Notes under the pieces: model-generated | What the model was told of the DNA's origin: nothing | Databases searched by the model: none | What the model saw: the letters and a program-made list of their open reading frames with translations, nothing else | Source: an uncultured Gemmatimonadales bacterium | Lineage (GTDB): Bacteria; Gemmatimonadota; Gemmatimonadetes; Gemmatimonadales; Gemmatimonadaceae | DNA: 64,000 bases | Assembly: GCA_963793305.1 (NCBI GenBank) | Contig: CAWBZV010000014.1 | Location: 174,932 to 238,931 of the forward strand | Reading direction: 5' to 3' | Program-made: the position numbers and the translations under genes | In this document: positions 21,492-32,867 of the stretch, in pieces | Layout: every line of letters starts with the position of its first letter | Position numbering within the stretch: position 1 is the first letter of the stretch

Positions 21492-22274
21492 ATGGAAGAG
21501 ACCTTACTGAGCCGCTTCATGCAGGCGCTGGTGACGGGTGCGATCCGGGTCGTCGATCTGAGCCAGCCGCTCGATCCGACCACCCCTGTCATCCAATTGC
21601 CGCCGGACTTCGGCCCCTCCTGGCCGTTCCGCTTGGAGGAGATCTCCCACTATGACAGCCGCGGACCGGCGTGGTACTGGAACAACTTTTCCTGCGGCGA
21701 GCACACGGGGACGCATTTCGATGCGCCGGTGCACTGGGTGACCGGCAAGGACTACCCGAAGAACGCCACGGACAGCATCCCGGCCGAGAAGCTCGTGGCG
21801 CCGGCGTGCGTCATTGACGTCTCACGCGAAGCGGCCGCCGATAGCGACTTCTTGCTGACCCCTGCGCACGTCGAGGCATGGGAAAAGAAGCACGGGCGCA
21901 TCGAGGCGGGATCCTGGGTGCTCATGCGGACCGACTGGTCCAAGCGACGCGCCCCCGCGGCGTTCTTGAACATGACCGATACGGGCGCCCACGTTCCGGG
22001 GCCTGACCCATCCCTGGTTCCGTTCCTGGCGAAGGAGCGCAATGTGATCGGCTGGGGGTCCGAGGGCGTCGGCACCGACGCCGGCCAGGCGTTTCGGTTC
22101 GACCCTCCGTTCCCGTGCCACAGCATCATGCACGGCAGCAACAAATTCGGACTGGCCAGCCTGACCAACCTCGATCAGCTCCCGCCCAAAGGCGCGATCC
22201 TGATCACGCCTCCGCTCAAGATCGTCAACGGCTCCGGAAGCCCTTGCCGCGTGCTCGCGTTGGTGACGGCATGA
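21492..22274 (+). CDS. Cyclase family amidohydrolase, isatin hydrolase-like
   Basis: EHTGTHFDAPVHW motif; GPAWYWNN, GTDAGQ, GSGSPCRV. Confidence 0.9.
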   Translation: MEETLLSRFMQALVTGAIRVVDLSQPLDPTTPVIQLPPDFGPSWPFRLEEISHYDSRGPAWYWNNFSCGEHTGTHFDAPVHWVTGKDYPKNATDSIPAEKLVAPACVIDVSREAAADSDFLLTPAHVEAWEKKHGRIEAGSWVLMRTDWSKRRAPAAFLNMTDTGAHVPGPDPSLVPFLAKERNVIGWGSEGVGTDAGQAFRFDPPFPCHSIMHGSNKFGLASLTNLDQLPPKGAILITPPLKIVNGSGSPCRVLALVTA

Positions 22275-22286
22275 TACATTAGGAGT

Positions 22287-24419
22287 ATGGCGGAACGGAG
22301 TTTCGCGAAGGAGGTCCGCAAGCTCAGCCTGGGCGCCGGCGAGGAATTTCGCGGCGAAGGCATCCTCGCCGTCACCAAAGCTCTCCTGCAGTCCGGCGTC
22401 TCGTACGTCGCGGGATATCAAGGGGCGCCGATCTCCCACTTGATGGACGTGCTCACCGACGCCAACGCGATCCTCGAGTCGCTCGGCGTCCACTTCGAGC
22501 ACAGCGCGTCCGAGGCGACCGCCGCCGCGACCCTCGCCGCGTCCGTCAACTATCCGCTCCGTGGCGCCGTCACGTTCAAGTCGACGGTCGGAACGAATGT
22601 CGCGTCCGACGCCCTGGCGAATCTGGCATCGGGCGGTGTCTGCGGCGGCGCACTGATCATCGTCGGCGAGGACTATGGCGACGGCTCCAGCATCATGCAG
22701 GAGCGGTCGCACGCGTTCGCGATGAAATCGCAGATGTGGCTCCTCGATCCGCGGCCCAATCTGCCATTGATCGTGCGCGCGGTCGAGCAAGGGTTCGCGC
22801 TGTCCGAGGCGAGCCATACGCCCGTGATGCTGGAGCTGCGCATCCGGGCGTGTCACGTGCACGGGCGGTTTATCGCCAAAGACAACGTTCGGCCCTCCTT
22901 CACGCTGAAAGACGCGATGGAGCGGCCCGTGCGCGACACCAGTCGCATCGTGCTCCCGCCGTCGAGTTTTCTCCACGAGCAAGAGAAGATTCGCACCCGG
23001 TGGCCCGCGGCACAGCAGTTCATCGTCGAGCAAGGGCTCAACGAAATCTTCGCCGCGGACGCCCAGGACATTGGGATAATCCTGCAGGGCGGCATGTACA
23101 ACACCACCGTGCGGTCGCTCGAGCTGCTGGGCCTCGCCGACGCGTTTGGCGACAGCAAGATCCCGCTCTATGTCCTCAACGTCACGTATCCGCTCGTCAA
23201 TGACGAAGTGCGGCAATTCTGCGCCGGGAAACGGGCTGTCCTGATCATCGAAGAAGGCCAGCCCGATTTCATCGAGCAAGCGTTGAATGCCATGCTGCGC
23301 AAATCCGGCAGCACGACGCGGGTGGACGGGAAGGATGTCCTGCCGATGGCGGGCGAGTATACGGCGGCCGTCGTCATGTCCGGCGTTCGTGCATTCATCG
23401 AGCGCCATGCACCAAGCCTGCTGCAACCGCGCGCGAGGCCAGTTGCGGCGAGCGCGAAGCGCGAGCTGCCCGTTCATTCCCGGCCACCGTCGTTTTGTAC
23501 GGGTTGTCCCGAACGCCCGATCTTCACCGCCATGAAGCTGGTGGAGCGCGAGCTCGGCCAGCATCACGTGAGCTGCGACATTGGCTGTCACTTGTTCTCG
23601 ATCCTGCCGCCGTTCAACATTGGCGCCACGACGATGGGCTATGGCCTCGGCTGGGCCGGGGCGGCGGCGTTCAACACCAAGGAGACGGACAAGCGCACGG
23701 TCTCCTTCATGGGCGACGGCGGTTTCTGGCACAATGGCCTGACGAGCGGCGTCGGCAACGCCGTGTTCAATCAGAGCGACAGTGTACTGATCGTCGTCGA
23801 CAACAGCTATACCGCGGCAACCGGTGGACAGGATATCCTGTCGTCCAAGGCCGACAACCCGATCCGCCGGACCAAGCTGTCGATTGCCGACGCGGTTCGG
23901 GGTGTGGGCGTCAAGTGGGTTCGGACGGTGACGCGAACGTATGACGTCGCCCACATGCGCGACGTCCTCCGGGATGCGCTCACCACGAAGGAAAAGGGGC
24001 CAAAGGTCATCGTGGCCCAGAGCGAGTGCACGCTGAACAAGCAGCGGCGCGTCAAACCGCTGATGCTACAGCGCGCGAAGGAGGGGCATCGGGTCGTGCG
24101 CGAGAAATTCGGCGTCGATTCTGATACCTGTACGGGCGACCATTCGTGCATCCGCCTCTCCGGGTGTCCGTCGCTCACCGTGGCCGACAACCCCGATCCA
24201 TTGCGCCCGGATCCGGTGGCGACGGTGCTCGACAGCTGCGTCGGGTGTGGCCTGTGCGGCGAAGTCGCCCACGCGGCAAAATTGTGCCCGTCGTTCTATC
24301 GAGCCGACGTCGTCTCGAATCCCGGCCGGTGGGAGCGCATGACCGCTCGCGTGCGGGCCATGCTGATCGGCGTCCTGCAACGGCGACTCGACCGGCGCCT
24401 CGCCGGCATCTACGGATGA
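22287..24419 (+). CDS. iorA: Indolepyruvate:ferredoxin oxidoreductase alpha-like subunit
   Basis: GYQGAP, FCTGCPER, DIGCH, TPP motif GDGGFWHNG, ferredoxin CVGCGLC. Confidence 0.92.
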   Translation: MAERSFAKEVRKLSLGAGEEFRGEGILAVTKALLQSGVSYVAGYQGAPISHLMDVLTDANAILESLGVHFEHSASEATAAATLAASVNYPLRGAVTFKSTVGTNVASDALANLASGGVCGGALIIVGEDYGDGSSIMQERSHAFAMKSQMWLLDPRPNLPLIVRAVEQGFALSEASHTPVMLELRIRACHVHGRFIAKDNVRPSFTLKDAMERPVRDTSRIVLPPSSFLHEQEKIRTRWPAAQQFIVEQGLNEIFAADAQDIGIILQGGMYNTTVRSLELLGLADAFGDSKIPLYVLNVTYPLVNDEVRQFCAGKRAVLIIEEGQPDFIEQALNAMLRKSGSTTRVDGKDVLPMAGEYTAAVVMSGVRAFIERHAPSLLQPRARPVAASAKRELPVHSRPPSFCTGCPERPIFTAMKLVERELGQHHVSCDIGCHLFSILPPFNIGATTMGYGLGWAGAAAFNTKETDKRTVSFMGDGGFWHNGLTSGVGNAVFNQSDSVLIVVDNSYTAATGGQDILSSKADNPIRRTKLSIADAVRGVGVKWVRTVTRTYDVAHMRDVLRDALTTKEKGPKVIVAQSECTLNKQRRVKPLMLQRAKEGHRVVREKFGVDSDTCTGDHSCIRLSGCPSLTVADNPDPLRPDPVATVLDSCVGCGLCGEVAHAAKLCPSFYRADVVSNPGRWERMTARVRAMLIGVLQRRLDRRLAGIYG

Positions 24420-25838
24420 GAGCGACGAGCATCGCCATCCTGGCGATGGGCGGCGAGGGCGGTGGTGTCCTCGCCGACTGGATCGTCGACGTCGCCGAGC
24501 ACGCGGGGTATCGGGCGCAGACGACATCGGTCCCGGGCGTGGCGCAGCGGACCGGCGCGACGATCTACTACGTGGAGATCTTCCCGGCGTCGGACCGCGA
24601 GCCGGTGCTGGCGCTCATGCCGGTGCCCGGCGAAGTCGACGTCGTGATCGCGTCTGAGCTCATGGAGGCTGGGCGCGCGGTGCAGCGTGGATTGGTCACG
24701 AGCGACCGGACGACGCTCATCATGTCGACGCACCGGGTCTATTCGATGACCGAGCGCACGGCATCAGCGGACGGGCGCGTCGACTCCGCCACGCTGCTCG
24801 AGGGGGCGAAGCAGGCGGCGCGCCTGTGCGTGAGCCGCGACTTCTCCAGAATCGCCGAGGACAACAAGAGCGTCATCAGCGCGGCCTTGCTCGGCGCGCT
24901 CGCGGCAACACACGCGCTGCCGTTCGAGCGCCGGCAGTTCGAAGAGGCCATCGACCGGGGTGGCGTTGGCGTGGCATCGAGTCGCGCCGCATTTGCCGCG
25001 GGCCTCGCTGCCGCAAAAAATGGCGACCGGCCGACCGCGGCCCCCGCCCCTGCGACGTTCGAGCGTAGGACCACGACTCGCCGCTCTAGCTACCCGGGTC
25101 CGCCAGTCGTATCCGGCTGTATCCCATGAGATCTTGATCGCCGGGATCCAGCGGCTTGCCGACTACCAGGACGAACGATATGCGGCCGAGTACCTGGATC
25201 GGCTGGAGCCGATTCGCGACGTCGATTCGGGGGATTGTCTCGTACTCAAAGAGACCGCGCGCTATCTGGCGCTCTGGATGTCGTACGAGGACGCCATCCG
25301 CGTCGCCGACCTCAAGATTCGCGGCGGTCGTTTCGCGCGCGTCGTGCGCGAGTCGCGAGCCACCGACGGGCAGGTCGTGCACATCAACGAGTTCCTGCAC
25401 CCGCAGATCGGCGAGCTGGCCGACATCGCGCCGGGATGGCTTGGCCGATGGATGCTGAATAGCTCGGCCGTCCGATGGGTCATCGGAGCACTCACCAAGA
25501 AAGGGACCGTTCTCCAGACGACGTCCCTCTACGGGTTCGCGCGCCTCTATTTCCTGGCGTCGCTGCGGCCAATGCGGCGCGGCTCGCTTCGTTTCGCACG
25601 CGAGCATGCGAAGATCGTCGAGTGGCTCAACCAGATTCCCGCGTTGGCGAAAACAAACTACCCGCTCGCGCTGGAAGTCGCGCAGGTCCCGCGCCTCGTG
25701 AAGGGGTACGGCGAGACACACGAACACGGGAGTCGCCGATTCGACGACGTCATGCGCGCCGTGCCCGAGCTCAGCGCGCGAGACGATGCGGCGCCGCGAC
25801 TCCGCGCGCTGCGCGAGGCGGCGCTGGCCGAGGTATGA
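24416..25838 (+). CDS. iorB: Indolepyruvate oxidoreductase beta-like subunit with C-terminal extension (frameshift near 25065)
   Basis: [39 protein letters not shown] overlap with iorA. Confidence 0.88.
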
Positions 25839-28110
25839 GAATCGCGTGCCTGGGAGGCGGGCCGGCTGGACTCTACTTCTCGATTCTCGCGAAGAAGGCC
25901 AATCCATCCTGGGACATCACGGTCGTCGAGCGCAACCGGGCCGACGACACGTTCGGCTGGGGCGTGGTCTTCTCCGACAAGACGATGGACGGATTCAGGA
26001 CCGATCGACCCCGAGACGCACGACGCGATCGTCCGAGCGTTCCGCCATTGGGATGACATTGACGTCCACTTCAAAGGCCGAGTGGTGACCTCCGGTGGTC
26101 ACGGGTTTTGCGGTATCGCGCGGATAACCCTGTTGCAGATCCTGCAGCAGACGGGCCCGCGAGCTCGGTGTCGATCTTCGGTTTCAGACCGAGGTGAGTG
26201 ACCCCACCGGCTACGCGCGCGACTTCGATCTCGTGGTCGCATTGGATGGCGCCAACTCCGTCACGAGGCGTACGTTCGAGCCGATCTTCCGGCCGAACAT
26301 CGATGTCCGGCGGAATCGCTTTATCTGGCTCGGCAGCCGCGCCAAGCTCGACGCCTTCACGTTCGACTTCCGCGAGACCGAGTGGGGCTGGTTCAACCTC
26401 CACGCGTATCGGTTCGCCGAGGACTGGTCGACGTTCATCGTCGAGACCCCGGAGCAGAACTGGCGGGCGGCCGGCATAGACCGGATGCCGCTGGCCGAGT
26501 CGATCCACTTGTGCGAAGCGCTGTTCGCCGACCGGCTGCAGGGTCAGCCGCTCATCTCCAACGCGCACCACAAGCAGGGCGCCGACGCCTGGCTCACGTT
26601 CCAGCGCATTCTCTGTGAGCGCTGGTACCACGAGAACATCGTGCTGATCGGCGACGCGGCGCACACGGCGCATTTCAGCATCGGCTCCGGCACCAAGCTG
26701 GCGATGGAGGATGCGATCGCCCTCGCGCGCGTGCTCTCGGCCGGCGGCGCGCTGGCGCAGTACCAGAGCGAGCGCGAGGTCGAGGCGCTCAAGCTGCAGA
26801 GCGCCGCCCGCAATCGGATGGAGTGGTTCGAGCAGATCGAGCGCTACGTGCACCTGGAGCCGGAACAGTTCGCCTACAGCCTGCTCACGGGGAGCCAGCG
26901 GATCGGCCACGAGAATCTGAAGGTGCGGGACAAGCAGTACGTGGCCAGCGTGGAGCGATGGTTCGGCGAGCGGTGCGGCGTGACCGATGTCCGTCCGCCC
27001 ATGTTCACGCCGTTCACCGTCCGCGGCGTATCCCTCAAGAATCGCGTGCTGGTCTCGCCAATGGCGACGTACCGCGCGATCGACGGGATGCCGAACGACT
27101 TTCATCTCGTGCATTTCGGCGCCCGGGCGATGGGTGGCGCTGCCATGGTCTTCACCGAGATGACCTGCGTGTCGCCGGAAGGCCGGATCACGCCCGGGTG
27201 CTTGGGTCTTTGGACGGATGCGCAGCGCGATGAGTGGACGCGCATCGTCCACTACGTCCACGCCGAGACCGACGCGAAGATCGCGCTGCAACTCGGGCAC
27301 TCGGGGCGCAAAGGGTCTACGCGTCGCGGATGGGAAGGCATTGACCAACCGCTCGACAGTGACAACTGGCCGCTCGTCTCGGCATCGGCCATCCCGTACA
27401 TCGAGGGCGTCTCGGACACCCCGCGCGAGGCAACACACGCCGACCTGGCGTGCATCCGCGAGCAGTTTGTCGCCGCGGCGCGACGGGGCGCGATCGCGGG
27501 GTTCGACTGGCTCGAGCTGCACTGTGCCCACGGGTATTTTCTGTCGAGCTTTATCTCCCCACTGACCAATCATCGGTCCGATCAGTACGGCGGTTCGCTC
27601 GCCAATCGCTGCCGCTATCCGCTGGAAGTGTTCCGGGCCATGCGTGATGTCTGGCCGGACGATCGGCCGGTGAGCGTCCGCATCTCGGCCCATGACTGGG
27701 TGCCGGGCGGACTGACGCCCGATGACGCGATCGAGGTCGCTCGCTTGTTCAAGGACGCCGGCGCCGACGTGATCGACTGCTCATCGGGGCAGGTCAGCAA
27801 GGCCGAGCGGCCGGTGTACGGCCGGATGTTCCAGGTGCCGTTCGCCGACCGGATTCGGAACGAGGTCGGCATACCGACGATCGCGGTCGGCAATATTTTC
27901 GAGGGCGACCACGTGAACACGATCATCGCGGCCGGCCGCGCCGATCTCTGCGCGGTCGCCCGCCCGCACCTCGCCGACCCGGCGTGGACGCTGCACGAAG
28001 CCGCGAAGCAGGGGTACGCGGATCTCTGGTGGCCCGATCCCTATCTCAACGGAAAACAGCAATTGGAACGCAACCTGGCGCGCGCCGCGCTCCTCGCATT
28101 GCAGGTATGA
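25835..28110 (+). CDS. Bifunctional 2-aminobenzoyl-CoA monooxygenase/reductase (salicylyl-CoA 5-hydroxylase family; frameshifts near 26000 and 26150)
   Basis: [36 protein letters not shown], then an OYE domain ([15 protein letters not shown]). Confidence 0.92.
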
Positions 28111-28808
28111 CACTGACTGGGAAGCACGCCGTCGTGACCGGCGGCAATCGCGGCATCGGCGCCGCGATCGTCCGCGCATTGCAGGAGCACGGCGCGCGAG
28201 TCACCGTCGTCCACCGGGCGACCGTGGATGTGGCTGATGGCGACGCGGTGGCCCGAGCCTTTGCCGGAATGGGTCGGGTCGACATTCTGGTCAACAACGC
28301 TGGCCAGGCGGGCTCGGCGCCCTTCGCCAAAACGGACCACGAGCTGTGGCGCCGGATGATGAGCGTCAACCTCGATGGCACCTACTATTGCATGCAGGCC
28401 GTGCTGCCGGGCATGCGCGAGGCAGGGTGGGGGCGGATCGTCAACATCGCCAGCACCGCGGGCTTGGTTGGATACCGGTACGTCTCGGCCTACTGCGCCG
28501 CGAAGCACGCCGTGATCGGTCTCACGCGCGCGGTGGCGCTGGAAGTCGCGACCGTAGGAATTACCGTCAATGCCGTGTGCCCGGGATACACGGAGACCGA
28601 TATGGCCAGCGACGCCATCGCGAAGATCGCCGAGCGCACGAAGCGCACGCGCGAGGAGGCGCGCTCCGAGCTCGAGGCGCACAACCCACAACACCGACTC
28701 GTACGGCCCGAGGAGGTCGCGAATGCCGTCGCCTGGCTCTGCCTGCCGGGCAGCGAGGCCATCACGGGGCAGACGATCGCCGTCGCCGGCGGTGAGGTCA
28801 TGACATAA
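28107..28808 (+). CDS. Short-chain dehydrogenase/reductase
   Basis: [17 protein letters not shown]. Confidence 0.92.
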   Translation: MTLTGKHAVVTGGNRGIGAAIVRALQEHGARVTVVHRATVDVADGDAVARAFAGMGRVDILVNNAGQAGSAPFAKTDHELWRRMMSVNLDGTYYCMQAVLPGMREAGWGRIVNIASTAGLVGYRYVSAYCAAKHAVIGLTRAVALEVATVGITVNAVCPGYTETDMASDAIAKIAERTKRTREEARSELEAHNPQHRLVRPEEVANAVAWLCLPGSEAITGQTIAVAGGEVMT

Positions 28809-29594
28809 TGGACATTGAGTACGTCACCACCCAGGGCGTCGCGACGATTACGCTCAATCGGCCCGAGCGCAAGAATCCCCTCACGTTCGAGATGTACGCC
28901 GAGCTGCGGGATCATTTTCGTGGGCTCAACACAAGCGGAGATGTCAAAGCCGTTGTCGTCACCGGCGCCGGTGAGAATTTCTGCTCCGGGGGAGACGTCC
29001 ACGAGATCATCGGACCGCTGACCAAGCGCGATATGCCGGGTCTGTTGGAGTTCACCCGACTCACCGGCGACCTGGTCAAAGGCCATGCGCGCGTGCCCAC
29101 AGCCCATCGTCTCGGCTATCGACGGGATCTGTGTCGGCGCGGGCGCGATCATCGCGCTGGCGTCCGATTTTCGGTACGGAACGGCGCGGAGCAAGACCGC
29201 GTTCCTGTTCACGCGTGTAGGCCTCGCCGGGTGCGACATGGGCGCGTGCGCTATGTTGCCGCGCGTGATCGGTCAGGGTCGTGCGGCCGAGCTCTTGTAC
29301 ACTGGGCGCAGCATGGGTGGCGAGGAGGCCGAGCGCTGGGGGTTCTTCAACCGCCTGTGCGAGCCGGGGAATGTCCTCGGCGAAGCGACAACCTTGGCGG
29401 CCGAGCTGGCAGCGGGGCCGACTTTCGCGCACGGCATGACGAAGAAGATGCTTCAGCAAGAATGGAACATGGGCGTCGATGAGGCGATCGAGGCCGAGGC
29501 GCAGGCGCAGGCGATCTGTATGGCGACGAAGGATTTTGATCGTGCGTATCGCGCGTTCGTCGCGAAAACGAAACCCGTGTTCGAGGGCAACTGA
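28808..29594 (+). CDS. Enoyl-CoA hydratase family (frameshift near 29080)
   Basis: [28 protein letters not shown]. Confidence 0.9.
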
Positions 29595-29597
29595 CGG

Positions 29598-30728
29598 ATG
29601 GCCGATCGCGCTTTCCTCGATTGGCCATTCTTCGAGGCTCGTCATCGCGCTCTTGCGGGCGAGATAGACGCGTGGGCCACTGAGCACGTCGGCGCGGCCG
29701 ACGCGGATGTCGATGCGCAATGCCGCGCGCTGGTGAAAGCGCTCGGACAGGCCGGGTGGCTCAAGTACGCGATCGGCGACATCGATACCCGCGCGGTGTG
29801 TCTCATTCGCGAAACGCTCGCCCGGCACGAGGGCTTGGCGGATTTCGCCTTCGCCATGCAGGGTCTGGGATCGGGCCCGATTTCATTGTTCGGCAATGCC
29901 GACCAGAAAGAGCGATATGTCTCCCGCGCGGGCGACGGCTCGAGCATCGCCGCTTTTGCGCTCTCTGAGCCCGGCACCGGATCCGATGCGGCCGCGCTGA
30001 CCTGTGCCGCGCGGCGCGATGGGGATAGTTATGTGCTGGACGGCGAGAAGACGTGGATCTCGAATGGCGGGATAGCCGACTTCTACGTCGTCTTCGCCCG
30101 TACCGGCGAAGCGCCCGGAGCCAAGGGTATCACGGCGTTCGTGGTCGAGCCGGACACACCGGGCTTCGACTGCTCCGAGCGCATCGAGGTGATCGCGCCG
30201 CACCCACTCGCGCGTCTCACGTTCGCGAGCTGCCGCGTGCCGGTCGCCCAGGTGATCGGCGAAGCAGGGCAGGGCTTCAAGATCGCGATGGCGACGCTCG
30301 ACGTCTTCCGGACGTCGGTCGCCGCGGCAGCGCTCGGGTTTGCCCGGCGGGCGCTCGACGAAGCCTTGCGCCACGCGACGACGCGATCGATGTTCGGCCA
30401 GATGCTGGCCGACTTTCAGTTGACGCAAGCCAAGATCGCGACGATGGCGACGGGCATCGATACCGCCGCCCTGCTCACGTACCGCGCCGCGTGGCTTCGC
30501 GATCGCGGCCAGCGCGTGACGGTCGAGGCGGCGATGGCGAAGATGGTCGCCACCGAGACCGCGCAACACGTGATCGATAGCGCCGTGCAGCTCCTCGGCG
30601 CGCTCGGCGTCGTGCAAGGGCATCCCGTTGAACAGCTCTATCGCGAGATTCGACCCTTGCGTATCTATGAAGGCGCGACCGAGGTGCAACAGTTGATCAT
30701 TGCGCGCGGGATCATGAAAGGTGCCTGA
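29598..30728 (+). CDS. Acyl-CoA dehydrogenase
   Basis: [30 protein letters not shown]. Confidence 0.93.
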   Translation: MADRAFLDWPFFEARHRALAGEIDAWATEHVGAADADVDAQCRALVKALGQAGWLKYAIGDIDTRAVCLIRETLARHEGLADFAFAMQGLGSGPISLFGNADQKERYVSRAGDGSSIAAFALSEPGTGSDAAALTCAARRDGDSYVLDGEKTWISNGGIADFYVVFARTGEAPGAKGITAFVVEPDTPGFDCSERIEVIAPHPLARLTFASCRVPVAQVIGEAGQGFKIAMATLDVFRTSVAAAALGFARRALDEALRHATTRSMFGQMLADFQLTQAKIATMATGIDTAALLTYRAAWLRDRGQRVTVEAAMAKMVATETAQHVIDSAVQLLGALGVVQGHPVEQLYREIRPLRIYEGATEVQQLIIARGIMKGA

Positions 30729-31140
30729 CGTTTATCGCTCGGATATTCTCATCCGGTTCAGGCATTGCGATCCCGCCGGAATCGTGTTCTTCCCGCGCTA
30801 TATGGAGATGTTCAACGATCTCGTCGAGGACTGGTGCCGCGAGGCGCTGGGCTTCGACTTCAACGAGATCCACCTCCAGCGGGGCTGGGGCTTACCCACC
30901 GTGCATCTCGACGTCGATTTTCGCGCTCCGAGTGTGCTGGGCGACCGGTTGTCGGCGACGCTTCGGGTGAATCACATCGGATCGAGCTCGATCGGCGTGG
31001 ATATCACGCTCTGCGGACCAGATGGCGCCGAGCGGGTGCGAGGAAAGTCGGTGCTGGTGTTCACGAGCGCCGTGTCCAAGCGCGCCGCGCCGATTCCGGA
31101 CGAGTTACGCGCTCGTATCACCCAATTTTATGCCGGTTGA
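30721..31140 (+). CDS. 4HBT-type acyl-CoA thioesterase
   Basis: [12 protein letters not shown] hot-dog motif. Confidence 0.9.
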   Translation: MPDVYRSDILIRFRHCDPAGIVFFPRYMEMFNDLVEDWCREALGFDFNEIHLQRGWGLPTVHLDVDFRAPSVLGDRLSATLRVNHIGSSSIGVDITLCGPDGAERVRGKSVLVFTSAVSKRAAPIPDELRARITQFYAG

Positions 31141-31513
31141 CCTGTTGCAGCCCGAGGGCTGGGAACGGCCGCGAGGCTACGCCTACGGAGTCGCGGCACG
31201 TGGCCGTATCGTGTGCGTGAGCGGCATGATCGGCTCGGGTCCCGACTTCGTGAGCCAGGTGCGCGATGCACTGGGCCGTATCGTGAGAGTCCTGGCCGAA
31301 GCGCACGCGAAGCCGGAACATATAGTCCGGATGACTTGGTACGTGGTGGACAAGGCCGAGTACGTCGGCGCGTCCAAGGCGACGGGAGACGTGTACCGCG
31401 AGGTCATGGGCCGGCACTACCCCGCCATGACGGCGGTCGAGGTGTCCGGCTTGATCGAGCCGCACGCTCGCGTGGAGATCGAGGTTACGGCGGTAGTGCC
31501 CGACGACGCTTGA
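31130..31513 (+). CDS. RidA family protein
   Basis: PRGYAYG, HYPAMT, VEIEVTA. Confidence 0.88.
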   Translation: MPVDLLQPEGWERPRGYAYGVAARGRIVCVSGMIGSGPDFVSQVRDALGRIVRVLAEAHAKPEHIVRMTWYVVDKAEYVGASKATGDVYREVMGRHYPAMTAVEVSGLIEPHARVEIEVTAVVPDDA

Positions 31514-32867
31514 CGATGAAGTACACGATCGTCAGGGCGCCGAGCCATGGCAGCCCCGCGATCAGTGTGATGCGCATCCCCTCGACCCACCACGTGGTCA
31601 CGAGAATCGCGACCATCGCCACGGCGCCTAGGATCGAGGTGTATGGATAGCCGATCAGGCGCGCGGGCAGCGGCCGTCCACCCGCTGCCTCCCACCGCGG
31701 CCGGAACCGGATGTGCGTGACGAAGATCATGAGCCACACGAACAGGATGCCGAACAGCGAGACGCCGTACAGGTAGACGAACGCGCTGTTGGGATAGATC
31801 ACGGCGACGGCCAGCGCGATCGCCAGCCCCAACGTCGAGGCGAGGAGCGCGGGGACCGGCACGCCCCGTTTGGACAGGCGGCCGAACGCCGCCGGCGCGT
31901 ACCCGCCCCGCGAGAGCGAGAACATCATGCGGCTCACGAGATAGAAATTGCAGTTCATGCTCGACGCGGCCGCGCTGATCACGACGAAGTTGACGATGAT
32001 AGCCGCCGCCGGCACGTCCATCAGCTCGAAGACCCTCACGAACGGACTCGTCGTGACCGTCGACCCGGGCTGGATCTGATTCCACGGGACGAGGCCGACC
32101 AGTACCGTGATCGCGCCCAAGTAGAACACGAGCAGGCGGCCGACGGTCTGCTTCAGCGCGCGGGGGATGGCGACGTTGGGGTCCTTGGCCTCGCCCGCCG
32201 TGACGGCGGCGACTTCGGTCCCGGTGTAGCTCAGGATCACGATCACCATCGCCATCCAGACGGCGGATAGCCCGTGAGGGAAGAACCCGCCGTGGCTCGT
32301 GTAGTTCGTGAGGCCGATGGGTGTTCCACCGAAACCGAAGATGGCGCCGGCGCCGAGGACGATGAAGAGGACGATCGCGATCAACTTGATCATCGAGAAC
32401 CAGTACTCGATCCATCCGAAGCTGCCGACGCTGCGGGCATTGACCGCGATCAACGCGACCGAGAACGCCAGGACCCACAGCCAGCGCGACGTATGGGGGA
32501 ACCACCACTGACAGTAGATGGCGATGGCGATCGCCTCGTTGCCGATCGCGATGCACTGGCACGCCCAGTACGTATAGCGGACCGTGAACCCGGCCCACGG
32601 GTTGACGTATCGCTCGGCGTAGACGCCGAATGATCCGGCGGTCGGCATCGCGACCGCCATCTCGGACAGCGCGCCCATGAAAATCAGCGTGATCGCGGCC
32701 CCGAGGACGTAGCTCAGGATGACGGCGGGGCCGGCGATGTGAACCGAGAGCGAGCTCCCGAGGAACAGCCCGGTGCCGATCGCGCCGCCGAGCGCGATCA
32801 TGCTCAGCTGACCGACGCCCAGCTCGCGCGACAGCTCCTCGCCCGTCGGCTCGGCGGGGGAGGTCAC
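31485..32867 (-). CDS. Amino acid permease (APC, AAT family)
   Basis: MIALGGAIGTGLFLGS, 12 TM. Confidence 0.93.
   Translation of the reverse strand: MTSPAEPTGEELSRELGVGQLSMIALGGAIGTGLFLGSSLSVHIAGPAVILSYVLGAAITLIFMGALSEMAVAMPTAGSFGVYAERYVNPWAGFTVRYTYWACQCIAIGNEAIAIAIYCQWWFPHTSRWLWVLAFSVALIAVNARSVGSFGWIEYWFSMIKLIAIVLFIVLGAGAIFGFGGTPIGLTNYTSHGGFFPHGLSAVWMAMVIVILSYTGTEVAAVTAGEAKDPNVAIPRALKQTVGRLLVFYLGAITVLVGLVPWNQIQPGSTVTTSPFVRVFELMDVPAAAIIVNFVVISAAASSMNCNFYLVSRMMFSLSRGGYAPAAFGRLSKRGVPVPALLASTLGLAIALAVAVIYPNSAFVYLYGVSLFGILFVWLMIFVTHIRFRPRWEAAGGRPLPARLIGYPYTSILGAVAMVAILVTTWWVEGMRITLIAGLPWLGALTIVYFIVKRRRALPP

Noticed and set aside
21822..27693. Long antisense ORFs (e.g. 21822-23954, 26071-27693; also 10979-12748, 49-846)
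   Set aside because: Shadow ORFs of high-GC genes on the opposite strand, with no motifs.
25835..29594. Programmed frameshifting or pseudogenisation of the catabolic operon
   Set aside because: No consistent slippery sites; indels are scattered across the whole window.
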